24,000 bases of DNA from Cyanobacteria bacterium REEB459 (lineage in GTDB: Bacteria; Cyanobacteriota; Cyanobacteriia; Phormidesmidales; Phormidesmidaceae). The first letter of the stretch is position 1; each line of letters starts with the position of its first letter. Of the stretch, positions 22,156 through 24,000 are shown one piece after another. Where the stretch lies: contig JAGWXD010000043.1 in NCBI GenBank assembly GCA_018970085.1, positions 401 to 24,400 on the forward strand, given 5' to 3'. The notes below the pieces were generated by a model. The model saw only the letters and a program-made list of their open reading frames with translations. It searched no databases and was not told the origin of the DNA. Made by a program: the position numbers and the translations under genes.

Positions 22156-22482
22156 CTACAGGGCCTCAAGCTTGGTCTCAATCCGTTGGATCGCCGCATA
22201 GGTGTCCTGAAGTAGCTCCAGGCTGGGCACCTCAGGCCGAGCAGGATCCCTGAGACTCTGATCAATTGCCTGTAGCTCACTCAAAACCTCCCCAAGCAGG
22301 GCTTGAACCTTCCCCACCTGGGCCGATTTCAGACTTTGCCGGTAGTTGCTGAGCTTCGCAGCGGCCACTATGGCCATATCCAACACATCATCCAGGGCCT
22401 TATCCGGCTGATTCCTACTCCAAACATTGGGATTAGCCAGCAACGCGGCCATCAATTGAATCAGAATTGGGTCGTCATCCAT
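22156..22482 (-). CDS. Hypothetical helical protein
   Basis: 108 aa. GAAGGAG lies upstream of ATG 22482. No family recognised. Confidence 0.5.
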   Translation of the reverse strand: MDDDPILIQLMAALLANPNVWSRNQPDKALDDVLDMAIVAAAKLSNYRQSLKSAQVGKVQALLGEVLSELQAIDQSLRDPARPEVPSLELLQDTYAAIQRIETKLEAL

Positions 22483-22600
22483 GGTTCTTTCTCCTTCAAT
22501 CAGTAATTAGTGGGCAGATGCTAGCGATCGCGGCGGCTGATGTTCTGGGGATAACCCTTGAGAAAAAGGGCCTTTTAACGCCCTGCCCAGGGCTTGTAAC

Positions 22601-22891
22601 CTAGCCCTGCCTGAGGGCCGAAAGGGGCTGAGGCTGAAAGTGCAGATCTCGCTCTACCGGTAACCCCAGCACCGTGACCGACTCCAACTCACTGAGACTG
22701 AAATAACCCAATTCTTCTTCCAACCCCTGCACCAGGCCAAACAACAGATCTTCCCCATCAAACTCGGTGACATACCAGCGAAAGCAAGACAGGGGATGGA
22801 AAAACTTGACCCGAGCGATTGGATCCTCTACCTTCTCTTGGGAATAGAGGGGAGGGAGGGTTTGACGGATAGTTTTAGGTAGCAGTTCCAT
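22601..22891 (-). CDS. DUF2958 domain protein
   Basis: [59 protein letters not shown]...[11 protein letters not shown] matches the DUF2958 consensus as I recall it. Confidence 0.7.
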   Translation of the reverse strand: MELLPKTIRQTLPPLYSQEKVEDPIARVKFFHPLSCFRWYVTEFDGEDLLFGLVQGLEEELGYFSLSELESVTVLGLPVERDLHFQPQPLSALRQG

Positions 22892-22921
22892 AGATTGAGT
22901 TCCTTCTTGATTGCAGATTGA

Positions 22922-23395
22922 TTAGGCGGCATAGACCGCTACAGCTTCATGAACCCGGGGAAATCGGCTAATCTTCTGGGCCTGGAGGTACTCATTTAAA
23001 GAACTCAAGCCAAGACGCCTAAGCACTGCGTAGCCATGCTTACAGCAACCCCGAGTAAAAAACTCCAACTGGTTATTAAAATCGTCACAGGTGCAGAAAA
23101 ACCCATCAGCCCGTTGCTCCACCAAGTAGGCGGTATTTTGGCGAGGATTACGGACGGTGTAATGATTAGCCAGATCGAGGCGTTGGGTTACCCTTAGCCC
23201 TTGACTCTGAGCCTTTCGCCACTCCACAAAATGCTGGAGAAATACTCGCTTACTGATAAAGGTGGGCCGCCGCCCCTTGACCCAAACCCAGATCACCCAA
23301 GCAAATTTCTTGAGTTGAATGGGAACCGAGGAATTTAACCCTAATAGACGACGCACAGCCGCAGCAGAATAGAGGATGTTAAAAGCGGTAACCAT
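22922..23395 (-). CDS. SWIM zinc-finger protein
   Basis: FCTCDDFNNQLEFFTRGCCKHGYAVL fits the CxC-x(n)-CxH SWIM signature. Confidence 0.65.
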   Translation of the reverse strand: MVTAFNILYSAAAVRRLLGLNSSVPIQLKKFAWVIWVWVKGRRPTFISKRVFLQHFVEWRKAQSQGLRVTQRLDLANHYTVRNPRQNTAYLVEQRADGFFCTCDDFNNQLEFFTRGCCKHGYAVLRRLGLSSLNEYLQAQKISRFPRVHEAVAVYAA

Positions 23396-23446
23396 GATGA
23401 TGAGGGAATGAAATTGATAGGTATTCAGAAACAGCCCCCTGAGGTG

Positions 23447-23701
23447 TTAGCAGTCGCAATCATTGGGGCTGTCGTACCCGCCCCTTAGGTAAGCCTGACT
23501 GAGCAAGCTCCAGCGCACCTCAGAGCCAGGCCTAACCCGACTATGGATGGCCGCCACCTGCTCTAAAACAGCTCTGGTGCCCCATTGCTGCACCATGGTT
23601 TCTAGAGCGATACGATCAAGCTCCCAGCCGGAAATGGAGCGCCCCGGATCGTCGGATTGATATTTGGCATCAGATTCAAAAACAAGCATGACTTTCTCCA
23701 T
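23447..23701 (-). CDS. Hypothetical protein
   Basis: 84-aa ORF. An alternative start at 23689 (MLVFESD) follows a GGAGAAAG sequence. Confidence 0.45.
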   Translation of the reverse strand: MEKVMLVFESDAKYQSDDPGRSISGWELDRIALETMVQQWGTRAVLEQVAAIHSRVRPGSEVRWSLLSQAYLRGGYDSPNDCDC

Positions 23702-23990
23702 AACTAGAAACTTTGAACACCCGTCCCGGTAAAAGCCGTTGCAGTACCTCTGCTTGAGCTATAGCCAGATCAACGGTGCTAACTACCCCGAGAGAAACCC
23801 ACCCATGAGGCCGCTTAATCCAAAGCTCTGCCATAGTGCCTCCCATGGTTTTAGGGGTAGAAAGCCGACTCAAGGGTTTAGACAGTGCCTCACTGGCTAA
23901 CTCGCCAGCTAATCTGTTTACGCGCGATTTTCGGTCTAAAACACTTGAGCCGAAAGACTTACCAGAACTAACAATTGTGTTTGGTCGCAT
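23676..23990 (-). CDS. Hypothetical protein (start uncertain)
   Basis: ORF of 104 aa. The internal ATG at 23834 (MAELWIKRPHGW), preceded by GGGAGG, may be the true start. Confidence 0.35.
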   Translation of the reverse strand: MRPNTIVSSGKSFGSSVLDRKSRVNRLAGELASEALSKPLSRLSTPKTMGGTMAELWIKRPHGWVSLGVVSTVDLAIAQAEVLQRLLPGRVFKVSSYGESHACF

Positions 23991-24000
23991 TTCTCGATAG

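Larger units (their letters stand above)
8698..24000. mobile_element. tRNA-Pro-adjacent integrative element / genomic island (left end only; right end beyond window)
   Basis: The integrase starts 144 bp after the tRNA 3' end. It is followed by Xis-like, Rep-like, XRE repressor, nuclease, DGR, methyltransferase, AAA_24 ATPase, DUF2958 and SWIM genes. No second copy of the tRNA 3' end (attR) was found in the window. Confidence 0.6.

Noticed and set aside
8698-24000. Search for attR (a second copy of the tRNA-Pro 3' end) within the window
   Set aside because: No match to ttcaaatcccgccgctccga or its complement was seen by eye. The island's right boundary cannot be called from this window.

Overview
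This is a cyanobacterial chromosomal segment: the HIP1 octamer GCGATCGC occurs at least 19 times by eye and GC content is mid-50s percent. Positions 1-8600 hold ordinary core genes: a partial ccdA, ttcA, ybaK, a GT4 glycosyltransferase, a three-gene membrane operon resembling fraC-fraD-fraE, a tandem-duplicated CobO-like adenosyltransferase, yidD and an AraC-type regulator. A tRNA-Pro(GGG) at 8624-8697 is followed 144 bp later by a tyrosine integrase. From there to the window end the content is accessory: a Xis-like HTH, a Rep-like protein with in-frame 21-bp repeats, an XRE repressor, a secreted thermonuclease, and a phage-like module with a DNA methyltransferase, an AAA_24 ATPase, DUF2958 and a SWIM protein. 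The main finding is a complete diversity-generating retroelement (DGR) at 14327-19137, ordered target gene, avd, reverse transcriptase, template repeat (TR). The 124-bp TR (19014-19137) aligns without gaps to the last 124 bp before the target's final four codons (VR, 17147-17270). There are 20 mismatches, and 19 of them fall on TR adenines. The TR carries 12 AAY codons. The 984-aa target is not a phage tail fibre. It combines N-terminal transmembrane helices, a NACHT-like P-loop NTPase, HEAT repeats and an FGE/C-type-lectin-fold domain that carries the VR. That makes it an NLR-like STAND protein whose sensor tip is hypermutable. No CRISPR array, rRNA gene or transposase was seen.
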